Source: Octopus vulgaris
Lineage: Eukaryota
Length of the DNA stretch: 64,000 nt
Assembly: GCA_951406725.2 (NCBI GenBank)
Contig: OX597819.1
Coordinates: 9,362,001 to 9,426,000, forward strand
Direction of reading: 5' to 3'
Within the stretch, counting starts at the first letter, position 1. The number at the start of each line of letters is the position of its first letter. Below the pieces are notes generated by a model, which searched no databases, was not told the origin of the DNA, and worked only from the letters and a program-made list of their open reading frames with translations. This document shows, in pieces, positions 39,680-52,690 of this stretch. The position numbers and the translations under genes are program-made.

Positions 39680-39899
39680 TACAGGGTAAATGTTTTTTAA
39701 TTTTCTCCTGGTTTACGGAATTGACGTTATTTTGCAGTTAAAGGTTTTGGCTGTTATTTCTAGTGGGTGAATGGCCTATTATGGCCGTTCCTTGATTGTG
39801 ATGTTGAACTTAAAAATGGTTTATGACTATTTAATTTTTTCCCACTAGGCCGCTGGTGGCAAAGAATTCTACAAAATTTTTTTTGCCACCCTATATTGA

Positions 39900-39940
<41 letters not shown>

Positions 39941-39997
39941 CATACATACATACATATATACAAACATACATACATACATACATACATTACACACATG

Positions 39998-40069
<72 letters not shown>

Positions 40070-40071
<2 letters not shown>

Positions 40072-40283
40072 AGTAGAAAAATGAAATATCTTTTTATGGA
40101 TAATTCGTTTAACCGATACCTGGGTAGCAAATTCACATCAGAAATAATACGGTTGAAGTTACGTGCCTAGGGCAGAGACTACGTGTTTTCGTGTGGAAAT
40201 TTGTGTGTATTTTTATAAAATTTATGAATAAATGAAGGAATTTGTTAATTTGTCGTTCAACTCCATTCTTTCATTTATTCATA

Positions 40284-40290
<7 letters not shown>
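40070..40290. mobile_element. Truncated relative of the 17747 element with a short terminal hairpin
   Basis: Shares taaccgatacctgggtagcaaattcac..cagaaa..tacggttgaag; ends in tataaaatttatgaataaatgaa / ttcatttattcataaattttata; (TA)n flanks. Confidence 0.7.
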
Positions 40291-40331
<41 letters not shown>

Positions 40332-40403
40332 GCATGTGTAGTTAATACATATGGATAAAATGATATATATATATATTTTATCCATATGTATTTAGTTTGC
40401 TTT

Positions 40404-40520
<117 letters not shown>

Positions 40521-40668
40521 GTATGTATGTATGTATGCATGTAGCCAAAGCTAAATACATATGGATAAAATGATATATATATATTTTATCCATATGTATT
40601 TAGCTTTGGCTATACATACATACATACATACATATTCATACGTACATACATACATACATACATACATG

Positions 40669-40700
<32 letters not shown>

Positions 40701-41268
40701 CATACATACATACATACATTCATACATACATACATACATACATACATACATACATACATACAGACAGACAGACAGACAGACAGATAGACAGACGTATATA
40801 TGTATGCATAAAAGTATGCATGTATAATCAAAGCAATATATTTTTTCATTTTAGTTGAGTTTTGGTATTTCGCTCTTCCTACGTCTGTTGATCTTACAGG
40901 CTCCGATAGTCCCTAATCTGACCATCACATTGAACTTAGAGATTTTTGTTTGTTATTTTTTATATATTTTTATATTATTATCATAATCAGCGGGAGTACA
41001 GTCATTATCATTATCAACAATAGCAACAGGAGTATTACCGCCATTACCATCAGGTTCATCGCCATCGCCATCTTGGTCATCATCACCAGCAGCAGAAGCA
41101 GCTGAGGCATCTCTATCATCAGTCTAAGCAAATTATTTGGATAACGAACGAAAAAACCTGTTTACCCGCCTATTGTTATCATTTTGTTATTTATTAATAT
41201 AATTATTTATTGTTATTATCATTATCATCATTATTCTCTCCGAAACACTTCCATTATGTATTCGTTCG

Positions 41269-41546
<278 letters not shown>

Positions 41547-41844
41547 GATGATAGGTGTTTTGTTTATTAACTATAACTGTGACATTGCGTAGGAATCTTT
41601 TATAAAAGTCTGTTTATAAATAATTGTAGACCCTGCACGTATTTCCTTTTCTTTTTCATCTCTCTTCCTTCTGTTGCTCTTCATTCTCACGTTACCACTA
41701 CTCTCTCATTTGTCCCCTCTCTTATTCCTGTTTGATGGATAATATTTAAAATCAAAAACCTTCCTTCTCGTGTTTTTCGAGCGTCACATTTACTTTTTAA
41801 TTTGAACTGAATTTCTGATGTCTGCGTGTGGATATAGACAAACA

Positions 41845-42213
41845 GTGGAGGCGCAATGGCCCAGTGGTTAGGGCAGCGGACTCGCGGTCGTAGGATTGCG
41901 GTTTCGATTCCCAGACCGGGCGTTGTGAGTGTTTATTGGGCGAAAACACCTAAAAGCTCCACGAGGCTCCGGCAGGGGATGGTGGTGATCCCTGCTGTAC
42001 TCTTTCACCACAACTTTCTCTCACTCTTACTTCCTGTTTCTGTTGTACCTGTATTTCAAAGGGCCGGCCTTGTCACTCATCCCCGAGAACTACGTTAAGG
42101 GTACACGTGTCTGTGGAGTGCTCAGCCACTTACACGTTAATTTCACGAGCAGGCTGTTCCGTTGATTCGGATCAACCGGAACCCTCGTCGTCGTAACCGA
42201 CGGAGTGCTTCCA
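41845..42213 (+). mobile_element. SINE family A, small internal deletion
   Basis: Matches family A; imperfect TSD atagacaaaca/atagacagaca. Confidence 0.92.
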
Positions 42214-42462
42214 GATAGACAGACAAATGAAGGAAGATGTCCAACGCACGCTCACCCACGATGATAGGTTCCCTAATATAACTAAAAGAACCCTTAGCAA
42301 ATCTGAGAACACAAAGTACAGTCACATATGGTTTCATTAACTGACATGATTAACTATAACAGGCGATCATATTAATTGATATGCATATTGGCCAGGTAGG
42401 AAATACACAGCATGTAATGCACCAGTGAAACTAGATATACTGCTGAATTTATAAACCACAAT

Positions 42463-42538
<76 letters not shown>

Positions 42539-43338
42539 ACACACGCACATTCACACATACACATTACTTTCATTTTCTGGGTTGATTTCTATTGGCTGTT
42601 GAAGTGCGTCAGTCTGAAGCATCTAGTATCATGTGCTAACATGTTTATTGTCGGTTAAAAAAGAAAAGGTTTTTCTAAAATAGTCAGCTAAAACATGCCA
42701 TTTATTGCCTGATGAAACACCCTCATTATCTTCTGCTGAAAAAAAATACCCCTGTACGTTGCAAAATTGTTCGCAGTATTTTCTGCTGATATATCTTTTT
42801 ATCAATAGATTTGAAGAGGCTTTTCTCTCCTCAAGTACTTCCATGGCCTCTGAATTTATCGTCTGCTATACCATTTTTCAGTCGTCTGCTGAAGTCTCGA
42901 GTTAATCTGATAAAATGTGGCTTGTTATCTACTGATGCCTCCTACTTTAAAAGATGTAACGTGTATTTATAATCTACTGAAATGGGCAATTTCGTTCCAG
43001 GACACAAAGTTTCTATAAACAAGAATCAGCAATTCTACAAATCATTGTTTGGATACATATAAATATATATACATTTTATTGAAATATATATACATAAAAC
43101 ACTATTAAGGTAGGTGAGAATTTTCTTTTTTTTTTTCACATATCATTTTTAAAGGCGTGGGTATAATTAGATTTTGTCTGTCTGTTTGTCTGTCTATCTA
43201 TCTGTCTGTCGGTATGTATGTATGTCTTCTTACGGCTTAATTTTTCATATTTCTCATCAAGAGAGAAAGACTCGATTTCTAATCCGGAAACAAGACTCTT
43301 TCATTCGAACTAAAAGACCAATTAGTTAGTTATGCATG

Positions 43339-43737
43339 CTCTTTTTACTCTATTTTTACTTGTTTCGGTCATTTGACTGCGGCCATGCTGGAGCACCGCC
43401 TTTAGTCGAGCAAATAGACCCCGGGACTTATTCTCTGCAAGCCCAGTACTTATTCTATCGGTCTCTTTTTGCCGAACCGCTAAGTGACGGGGACGTAAAC
43501 ACACCAGCATCGGTTGTCAAGCAATGCTAGGGGGACAAACACAGACACACATATACATATACACACACATACATATATACGACAGGCTTCTTTCAGTTTC
43601 CGTCTACCAAATCCACTCACAAGGCATTGGACGGCCCGGGGCTATAGCAGAAGACACTCGCCCAAGATGCCACGCAGTGGGACTGAACCCGGAACCATGT
43701 GGCTGGTAGGCAAGCTACTTACCACACAGCCACTCCT
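43339..43737 (-). mobile_element. SINE family B
   Basis: Matches family B. Confidence 0.92.
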
Positions 43738-44115
43738 ATATATATATCTGCACACATATGCATTAGTGAAAACTTGGGTGAAATGGCATACGTTGAACTA
43801 CCGCATACAAGATTGAAAAAAAAAAATGCATTATGGAAAACATTTGCTTGGTGGGGGAGGGGGCAACATGAAGGTCTTGTTTGGTTGTTTTTTGTTGATT
43901 TATTTCTTTTTTCTTTGTTCAGCCATTCAATCATCAAATTTTAAGAAAGTCTTGCTGATTTTTATTGCTCCAAGTATTGTAATCATTTTGTAGTATATGA
44001 ATTATAAAATTTTATTTTCTTCGAGTTCAATTTCAGCCAAACGTAGACAAAAATTAATTATCAACTTACTATAACATAACCGCATAACCCTTACATTAGT
44101 AATGAGCCCTAAATT

Positions 44116-44365
44116 AGCGGTATTTCGACTTAATACCTATGTCTGTCCTTGTTTGTCCCTTCTGTGTTTAGCCCCTTGTGGGTAGTAAAGGAATAGGTAT
44201 TTCGTCTGTCTTTACGTTCTACGTTCAAGATCACCGAGATCGACTTTGCTTTTCATCGTTCCGGGGTCGATAAATTAAGTACCAGTTGTGTACTGGGGGC
44301 CGATCTAATCGACTAGCCCCCCTCCCTCAAAATTTCGAGCCTTGTGCCTAGAGTAGAAAAGAATA
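44116..44365 (+). mobile_element. SINE family D, deleted dimer (tail1-body-tail2)
   Basis: Same junction as the 805-1978 arrays. Confidence 0.8.
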
Positions 44366-44519
44366 ATGGGCCCTAATCTTCTGTTTTATTCTTACCCTAT
44401 TGAACAAGTTTTATCTTTTATTGGTTGCTCAAAGAGCCATATGAGGTCGGTGGGGTTCAATTTGGTTGCTGTTGTTATTTTTAATTTCCACCAATATCAC
44501 GTATGCACATATGTATGTA

Positions 44520-44902
44520 CTAGCAGTATCGCCCGGCGTTGCTCAGGTTTGTAAGGGAAATAACTATAAAGCATTTTAGAGAGTTATAGCAAAAAATAGC
44601 AAAAAAATGGAAAAAATGATGGTAAATTTTTTTTGAGATTTAAAAAAGGTGGAGTTGCGTCCCCTAGACAGTTTGTGGTCCGTGTTTCTGATTCTCGACC
44701 CCATGTCGAATTTATCGATTTTTTCAGAACTGGGGGAACTTTTCAAAATTTTCGCTGCGTTAGTTTTGAATTATGACATTGGGCTATGTGTGTGTCAAGT
44801 TTCATCAGAATCGGTTGAAAGCCGTGGTCAGGGTGAGGGTAATTGCAGCAAACAGACACACAGAAACACGCACAGACAAACTGCCGTTTATATAGAGAGA
44901 GA
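44520..44902 (-). mobile_element. Non-autonomous Helitron (subtype 3, different 5' half)
   Basis: Shares the CTAG/hairpin end; 5' end tctctctctatataaacggcag is distinct. Confidence 0.78.
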
Positions 44903-45026
44903 TATACGTATGTATGTATTTATGTCTGTATGTATGTATGTATGTATGTATGTATGTATGTATGTATGTATGTATGTATAAATGCGTGTATGTATGCATA
45001 TATGTATTCATATATATATATATATA

Positions 45027-45420
45027 TCTTTACATATAAAAGTCAAGTTGTGTGTCTGTCTCCTACGATTTAGATTCCTAACTACTCCCACATTTTGCGG
45101 TGCAGTTTAACCAAAACCGGGTATCTTATAGTCGTTATTCATATCGAGCCCTTCTGGGTATTAGCGCGTGTCTACGATGAGTCTACGATTTAAAAAAAAA
45201 ATTTACCATCATTTTTTTTCCATTTTAAGGCATTTTTTTCGCTATTATATAAGGGAAGTAACTCTCTAAAATGTCTACGATGAGTCAACGATTTTAAAAA
45301 AAAATTTACCATCATTTTTTCCCATTTTTAATGCATTTTTTTGCTATTTTATAACTCTCTAAAAATGCTTATATAGTTATTTCCCTTACAAACCCGAGCA
45401 ACGCAGGGCGATACTGCTAG
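45027..45420 (+). mobile_element. Non-autonomous Helitron (subtype 1)
   Basis: A|TC...CTAG|T within a TA tract. Confidence 0.9.
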
Positions 45421-45457
<37 letters not shown>

Positions 45458-45742
45458 GTGATAATCTCCTTATATTGTATGCGTGGTTGTTAGCGTGACT
45501 ACATGTTTGTGTTTCTGATTGCATTTTGTGTGTCAGTCATTGTAGTATTAGTAGGCATGTGTTTGTGTTATTGTGCGTAAATATTTCATTTATTTCTGTT
45601 GGTCATTGTGTGTTTTTATGTACTTGTGAGTACCATTTTGTATATGAATTTGCACGTGTGTTTTGTGTATGTATGAGAATTTGTATCGCAATCTCATTAT
45701 AGCTAGTGTTGTCGAGTATACGTGCTTGGTGGTGGGGGAGTG

Positions 45743-46127
45743 TGGAAGCACTCCGTCGGTTACGACGACGAGGGTTCCAGTTGAACCGATCAACGGAACA
45801 GCCTGCTCGTGAAATAAACGTGTAAGTGGCTGAGCACTCCACAGATACGTGTACCCTTAACGTAGTTCTCGGGGATATTCAGCGTGACACAGAGAGTGAC
45901 AAGGCCGGCCCTTTGAAATAAAGGTACAACAGAAACAGGAAGTAAGAGTGAGAGAGAGTTGTGGTGAAAGAGTACAGCAGGGATCACCACCATCCCCTGC
46001 CGGAGCCTCGTGGAGCTTTAGGTGTTTTCGCTCAATAAACACTCACAACGCCCGGTCTGGGAATCGAAACGCGCGATCCTACGACCGCGAGTTCGCTGCC
46101 CTAACCACTGGGCCATTGCGCCTCCAC
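45743..46127 (-). mobile_element. SINE family A, full length
   Basis: TSD tggtgggggagt. Confidence 0.93.
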
Positions 46128-46445
46128 ATGGTGGGGGAGTATATAACGTAAGTATGTAAGCATCTTGTTGCGCGTTTATTTGTGAATTCAATCATCAGTT
46201 AGTTTGTGTGAGTGTGGAAATGTGAATCGCTTTCTTGCGCTGCTTTTTTTGTTTTGTTTATATTTTGTTTTTTTTTCCTCAGCACTTTATAAAACTGAAG
46301 ACGTCGCGAGGGCATTGAACTCATGGCAATCCAACTGATTTCATTACCTTTTTATGCACCGGAACAGTTTTTCCTTGTTTTTGGGGAAAGTTTGAACTTA
46401 GTACTACGAACTAATCAAAAACGTGTTGATGATGATTTTGATGAT

Positions 46446-46944
46446 TTTTCCAGTTTCAGCTAATGAGCTGTGGCCATGCTGGGGCACCGCCATTTAATTA
46501 ACGGATTAAGTCGATTACATCGACCCCAGTGCGTAACTGGTACTCTGTTGATTATTTTATTTTATTTTATTTTATTTTATCTAGTTTCAGCTCACGAGCT
46601 GTGGCCATGCTGGGGCACGCCATTTAATTAACGGATTAAGTCGATTACATCGACCCCAGTGCGTAACTGGTACTCTGTTGATTATTTTATTTTATTTTAT
46701 TTTATTTTATCTAGTTTCAGCTCACGAGCTGTGGCCATGCTGGGGCACGCCATTTAATTAACGGATTAAGTCGATTACATCGACCCCAGTGCGTAACTGG
46801 TACTCTGTTGATTATTTTATTTTATTTTATTTTATTTTATCTAACGACCCCGAAAGGATGAAAGGCAAAGTCGAGTTTAACGGCAGACGAAATACGGCTA
46901 CGCATTTCGCCCGGCGTGCTAGCGTTTTTGCCAGCTCGCCGCCA
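46446..46944 (-). mobile_element. SINE family D copy with a triplicated ~130-bp unit containing a LINE-type tail
   Basis: agtttcagct..gagctgtggccatgctggggcac at 46452, 46583, 46713; D head at ~46880-46944. Confidence 0.82.
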
Positions 46945-47269
46945 CTTTCCTGGCAATTTACCGCAGCAAACACCAAAAGTTAACTCCTTGACGAGCCTCC
47001 TGAGTTCATATTTTGATACTTATTTCCGATTTGTTTAAAGTGAAACAAAAGAGATATAAATCACATGCAAGAGCCGAAGTATACTCCCTACCTAGGTTAT
47101 TTGTTACTAATTGAACTGAGTCATTGAGGGTCCAGTGTCTTGGTCATCTATACATCGCAAGAAAGAACTGGTACTCTGTTGAAACTTTACCTCTAGTTTT
47201 ATTGATCTGACTGTCTAACCCTAGGTCAACCAAAATCGAACAGATCTATATTCCTGATCACGCTGAACA

Positions 47270-47688
47270 TACTCTTTTACTCTTTTACTTTTTTACTTGT
47301 TTCAGTCATTTGACTGCGGCCATGCTGGAGCACCGCCTTTAATCGAGCAACTCGACCCCGGGACTTATTCTTTTGTAAGCCCAGTACTTATTCTATCGGT
47401 CTCTTTTGCCGAACCGCTAAGTAACGGGGCACATAAACACACCAGCATCGGTTGTCAAGCAATGCTAGGGGGACAAACACAGACACACACAAACACACAC
47501 ACGCATATATATATATATACATATATACGATGGGCTTCTTTCAGTTCCATCTACCAAATCCACTCACAAAGCATTGGTCGGCCCGAGGCTATAGCAGAAG
47601 ACACCCGCCCAATATGCCACGCAGTGGGACTGAACCCGGAACCATGTGGTTGGTAAGCAAGCTACTTACCACACAGCCATTCCTGCGC
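47270..47688 (-). mobile_element. SINE family B
   Basis: Matches family B. Confidence 0.92.
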
Positions 47689-48336
47689 ATCTCCACTTTA
47701 TTGATTCTCCTTTTTTGCCACGCATTGGATACATTATCTAACGTTTCCTTCCGTTTCCCCTTTTAAGACAGCAGAGTTTAAACTGAGGTTGCTGTCCTCT
47801 TGCTACCATCTGAAATTCTAAGTAGGTTTGGCACTTATGTCCCAAAATTTAATGAACTGAGGCAAGAATAATAACAATAAATAATGTTTGACTAGACTAG
47901 GCGAACAATTGGGCGAAAGACAAATTAACTTTAGTCAAAGAAAGGCCGAGTAACTATGTCACTATTGGAGGGAATAATAATATATTTCAAAGAAATAGGT
48001 AACAACAATTATATATTATAATTATTTAAAGAATCACTCCAAACTCTCAGATCAACACTGATCAAACAAATCGACGATCAAAGGCTTTTCAGATGTCAAC
48101 ATCCAACACTTTTTCAAAAGTATTTAGTACTTCATCATACATTGTGCTACATTTTAAAAAATAGTTCTGTGTGCTATGGAACAAATTTGCCTGCTATTTT
48201 TAGCATGCCATACAAGTGCATTGGGGCTGCTTGTTGGCTTGCAAAAACTCTAGTAGAGGTTGTGCCATATCTTCGTTTATGTGTGGATTTTTAAAACTCA
48301 CTACCAAGATTTTTATTCGCATTTAAAAAGATTAAA

Positions 48337-48781
<445 letters not shown>

Positions 48782-48952
48782 TAAGAGTAGATAGACGACG
48801 CAGAGTCTATAATATATTTATCGGTCTAACTACGATCTCGAAACCGAGTATTTGTACTTTATCAGTCATTTTCCTCTACTTTCTGCAGTGAGCTGGCAGA
48901 AATGTTATCGCTCTGGACGAAATGCTTAATAGTATTTCATCTGTCTTTACAA

Positions 48953-49180
48953 GAGGCGCAATGGCCTAGTGGTTAGGGCAGCGGACTCGCGGTCGCAGGA
49001 TCGCGGTTTCGATTCTCAGACCGGGCGTTGTGTGTGTTTATTGAGCGAAAACACCTAAAAGCTCTACGAGGCTCCGGCAGGGGTGGTGATCCCTGCTGTA
49101 CTCTTTCACCACAATGGCGGTGCCCCAGCATGGCCACAGCTCAAGAGCTGAAACTGGAAAAACAAAAACAAACAAAAACA
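48953..49180 (+). mobile_element. Chimeric SINE: family A head with LINE-type tail
   Basis: Family A to ctctttcaccacaa, then tggcggtgccccagcatggccacagctcaagagctgaaactggaaaaac. Confidence 0.8.
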
Positions 49181-49359
49181 TATCATCAATATTTTTGTTA
49201 TTATTATTTATTGTTACTATTCTTGCCTCAGTTCATTAAATTTTGGGACATAAGTGCCAAACCTACTTAGAATTTCAGATGGTAGCAAGAGGACAGCGAC
49301 CTCAGTTTAACCCGCGCTAACTTATTTGCTATATTCTTTATGAACGTGGGTATTAGTAT

Positions 49360-49392
<33 letters not shown>

Positions 49393-49659
49393 TGTGTTTG
49401 TGCGCATATGTATTTATATTTATTTATATGTCTTTATGCATATGTGTGCAGATATGTACGTGTGTATGTGTATGAATGTATGTGTATGAATGTATGTGTA
49501 TGAATGTATGTGTATATGTGTGTGTATGTGTTTATATACATATGTGTGTGTATGTATTTACACACGTTTATATATTTGTACATCTTTGCGGACAGATCGT
49601 CGAGTGGATGTACGAATAGATAATTATTTGTGTGTGCAAATTTAAATATATGTGTGTAT

Positions 49660-50056
49660 ATATACATGTATGTATGTATGTATGTATGTATGTATGTATG
49701 TATGTATGTATGTACGTACGTATGTATGTATGTATGTATGTAAGTATGTATGTACGTATGTATGTATGTATGTACGTACGTATGTATGTATGTATGCATG
49801 TATGTATGTATGTAAGTATGTATGTATGTACGTATGAATGTACGTATGTATGCATGTATGTATGTACGTATGTAAGTATGTATGTATGTATGTATGTATG
49901 TATGTATGTATGTATGTATGTATGTATGTATGTATGTATGTGTGTATGTGTGTATGTATGTATGTAAGTATGTATGTATGTATGTATGTAAGTATGTGTG
50001 TATGTATGTATGTATGTATGTATGTATGTATGTATGTATGTACGTACGTACGTATG

Positions 50057-50087
<31 letters not shown>

Positions 50088-50164
50088 GTATGTATGTATG
50101 TACGTATGTATGTATGTATGCATGTATGTATGTATGTATGTATGTATGTATGTACGTACGTATG

Positions 50165-50195
<31 letters not shown>

Positions 50196-50248
50196 GTATG
50201 TATGTATGTATGTATGTATGTATGTATGTATGTATGTATGTACGTACG

Positions 50249-50279
<31 letters not shown>

Positions 50280-50376
50280 GTATGTATGTATGTACGTATG
50301 AATGTACGTATGTATGCATGTATGTATGTACGTATGTAAGTATGTAAGTATGTATGTATGCATGCATGCATGTATG

Positions 50377-50407
<31 letters not shown>

Positions 50408-50724
50408 GTATGTATGTATGTACGTATGTATGTATGTATGTATGTATGTATGTATGTATGTATGTACGTACGTATGTATGTATGTAAGTATGTATGTATG
50501 TATGTAAGTATGTATGTACGTATGTATGTATGTATGTATGTATGTATGTACGTACGTATGTATGTATGTATGCATGTATGTATGTATGTAAGTATGTATG
50601 TATGTACGTATGAATGTACGTATGTATGCATGTATGTATGTACGTATGTAAGTATGTAAGTATGTATGTATGCATGCATGTATGTATGTATGTATGTATG
50701 TATGCATGCATGTATGTATGTATG

Positions 50725-50755
<31 letters not shown>

Positions 50756-50790
50756 GTATGTATGCATGTATGTATGTATGTATGTGTGTG
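49660..50790. repeat. About 1.1-kb (TATG)n satellite with recurring variant blocks
   Basis: TATG with TACG/TAAG/CATG variants; source of the 345-425-aa HTYI ORFs. Confidence 0.97.
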
Positions 50791-51269
50791 TATATATCTA
50801 GGCGTCTATTTCTCTAGTGCGTGGAGAGGTTTATAGCCAATACTTTGTTATAATTATGTATATAATTATTAAAATATACATGTACCTATATATTTACACA
50901 CACACACACACGTCTATTTCTCTAGCAGCTGGGGAGTCTTATAGCCAATCCCTTGTTATAATTATATATATAATCATAGAATATTTGTAAAATTTACCTA
51001 TAAGGTCTTTACTTCCGTGCTGACCTGCTGGTAAAATCTTTAATGATTTTTACCCTTTATTATAATTAATATTTGAAAAATGTACTCCTTGATCAAAACT
51101 GCATTCACTGCATAATATGTTTCGATATTCTACACGTGGTTGAAAAGAGAGATGGGAATTCTACTTTACTGTATATTTCTATGAGTGTGTATATATATAT
51201 ATATATATATTGCTGTACGAAGTCGCTGCTCGTATACTTATGTGTAGATACTCGTCGATTTATACTATG

Positions 51270-51456
51270 GAAGAAGAAGAAAAAAAAAAAGAAGAAGAAG
51301 AAGAAGAAGAAGAAGGAGGAGGAGGAGGAGGTGGTGGTGGTGGTGGTGGAGAAGAAGAAGAAGAAGAAGAAGAAGAAGAAGAAGAAGAAGAAGAAGAAAG
51401 AGGAGGAGGAGGTGGTGGTGGTGGTGGTGGAGAAGAAGAAGAAGAAGAAGAAGAAG
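51270..51456. repeat. Compound (GAA)n(GGA)n(GGT)n trinucleotide repeat, duplicated
   Basis: Direct inspection. Confidence 0.95.
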
Positions 51457-51515
51457 GCTTCCTAAGAAGTCTGGTACTGAACAGAGAAGTTACACAGAGA
51501 CGATAGAATGGTGGA

Positions 51516-52096
51516 AGAATGCCTGAATGGCTCACGGAAGGGAAAACTATTCCTTATTCCTAAATCCACTGAAACGGCAAACCCACAAAATTACAGACCG
51601 ATAACTTTTGGGGCTACAGTTTACAAAGCCTTTCTGCAATAATATCGTACTGGGGTCGATCTAATCGACTAGCCCCCCTCTCCCAAAATTTCGGGCCTTG
51701 TGCCTAGAGTAGAAAAAAATATTGTTGAGACTGAGCAAGCATCTGAAAGAAAACAACCTGCTTCCGAAAGAACAGAAAGGATGCTGCAACGGTTCATACG
51801 GCTGTAAAGATCAGCTATTGATCAATAAAGCCTTAACTGAAGACAGCTGCAGAAAGAATAACGGTTTAGGTATGGCTTGGATCGATTACCGAAAGGTTTT
51901 TGAAGGCATTCCCCACAAAACGACCCTAGAAAAACTAGCCGTGAACAAGGTAGCACCAATAATCATAAAATATATGAAGCATTCCATGAATAAATGGCAG
52001 ACAGTGCTACTGCTCCAGACAAAAGAGGTACTCAAAAAAACCTAAGCCATTCCCGTTGGAAGAGGAGTATTTCAGGGAGACACACTCTCTCCATTC
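51516..52096 (+). pseudogene. R4/Dong-like non-LTR retrotransposon RT fragment (family 1), interrupted by a SINE D tail at ~51646-51720
   Basis: MPEWLTEGKT, NYRPIT, EQKGCCNGSYGCKDQLLINK, AWIDYRKVF, RGVFQGDTLSP. Confidence 0.85.
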
Positions 52097-52690
52097 TGTG
52101 GAAGACTTGAAGGAAGCGGCCTTTTAACGAAAATAACCACAAAAACGAAATTTTACCGCCATACGAAACATAGCATTCCCCACGCACAACGTCTCAGCGG
52201 AACATGTACGAAAGACGCGTGCGAAATCAACATCATAATGTTTACAAATTATAGAATATAAGAGGAACAAAACAGTGAGTACGTAAATTGGTTAATTACG
52301 CATACAGTCGAATGTCTATACAATCATGTATACATAAGGCTACTTATACACACCAATGTTTACACTACGTGAAATTTACGTGACACACATACACACCTAT
52401 GAAAGAACATATCACAAATGAAGCAAAACAATAACAGAACAATTTTCTCCGAACTAATACAGGCAGAGTGAACAATCTCTAAGTTTAAAATACTACAAAG
52501 AAACTATGCCCGGAGATAAATCTGTCTACAAAAATGAATAAATAAATTAATTGATAAATAAAGGCGAATACCGTTCTTTTAGTCCTATGAAACTACGATA
52601 CGTGAAACGTTTTCATTCAAAGAACTCGGAGGCGGTGTTGTCTCAAAAAGTTAATAGATCCGTGCCCTAATGTCAACGTCCAAGCTCTTC

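Larger units (their letters stand above)
38611..39906. mobile_element. Retrozyme/Penelope-like element: inverted pair of partial tandem arrays of a 474-492-bp monomer
   Basis: catcacaatcaaggaacggcc at 38611 and 39085; inversion point ~39275; gtgaatggcctattatggcc at 39275 and 39767; (TA)n on both flanks; one hammerhead per monomer. Confidence 0.8.

Noticed and set aside
42629-42905. Non-repetitive 66-71-aa ORFs
   Set aside because: No recognisable motif, neighbouring frames closed, no convincing splice context.
49434-50767. Long ORFs of 345-425 aa, and similar YI/VC/HTYI ORFs at 22-290, 15280-16185 and 33888-34574
   Set aside because: Translations of stop-free microsatellites with no coding complexity.
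51073-51535. Poly-K/E/G/S/P ORFs
   Set aside because: Produced by GAA/GGA/GGT trinucleotide tracts.
52097-52645. Possible solo LTR (TG...CA) between the two R4-like elements
   Set aside because: No target-site duplication, second copy, primer-binding site or polypurine tract found.
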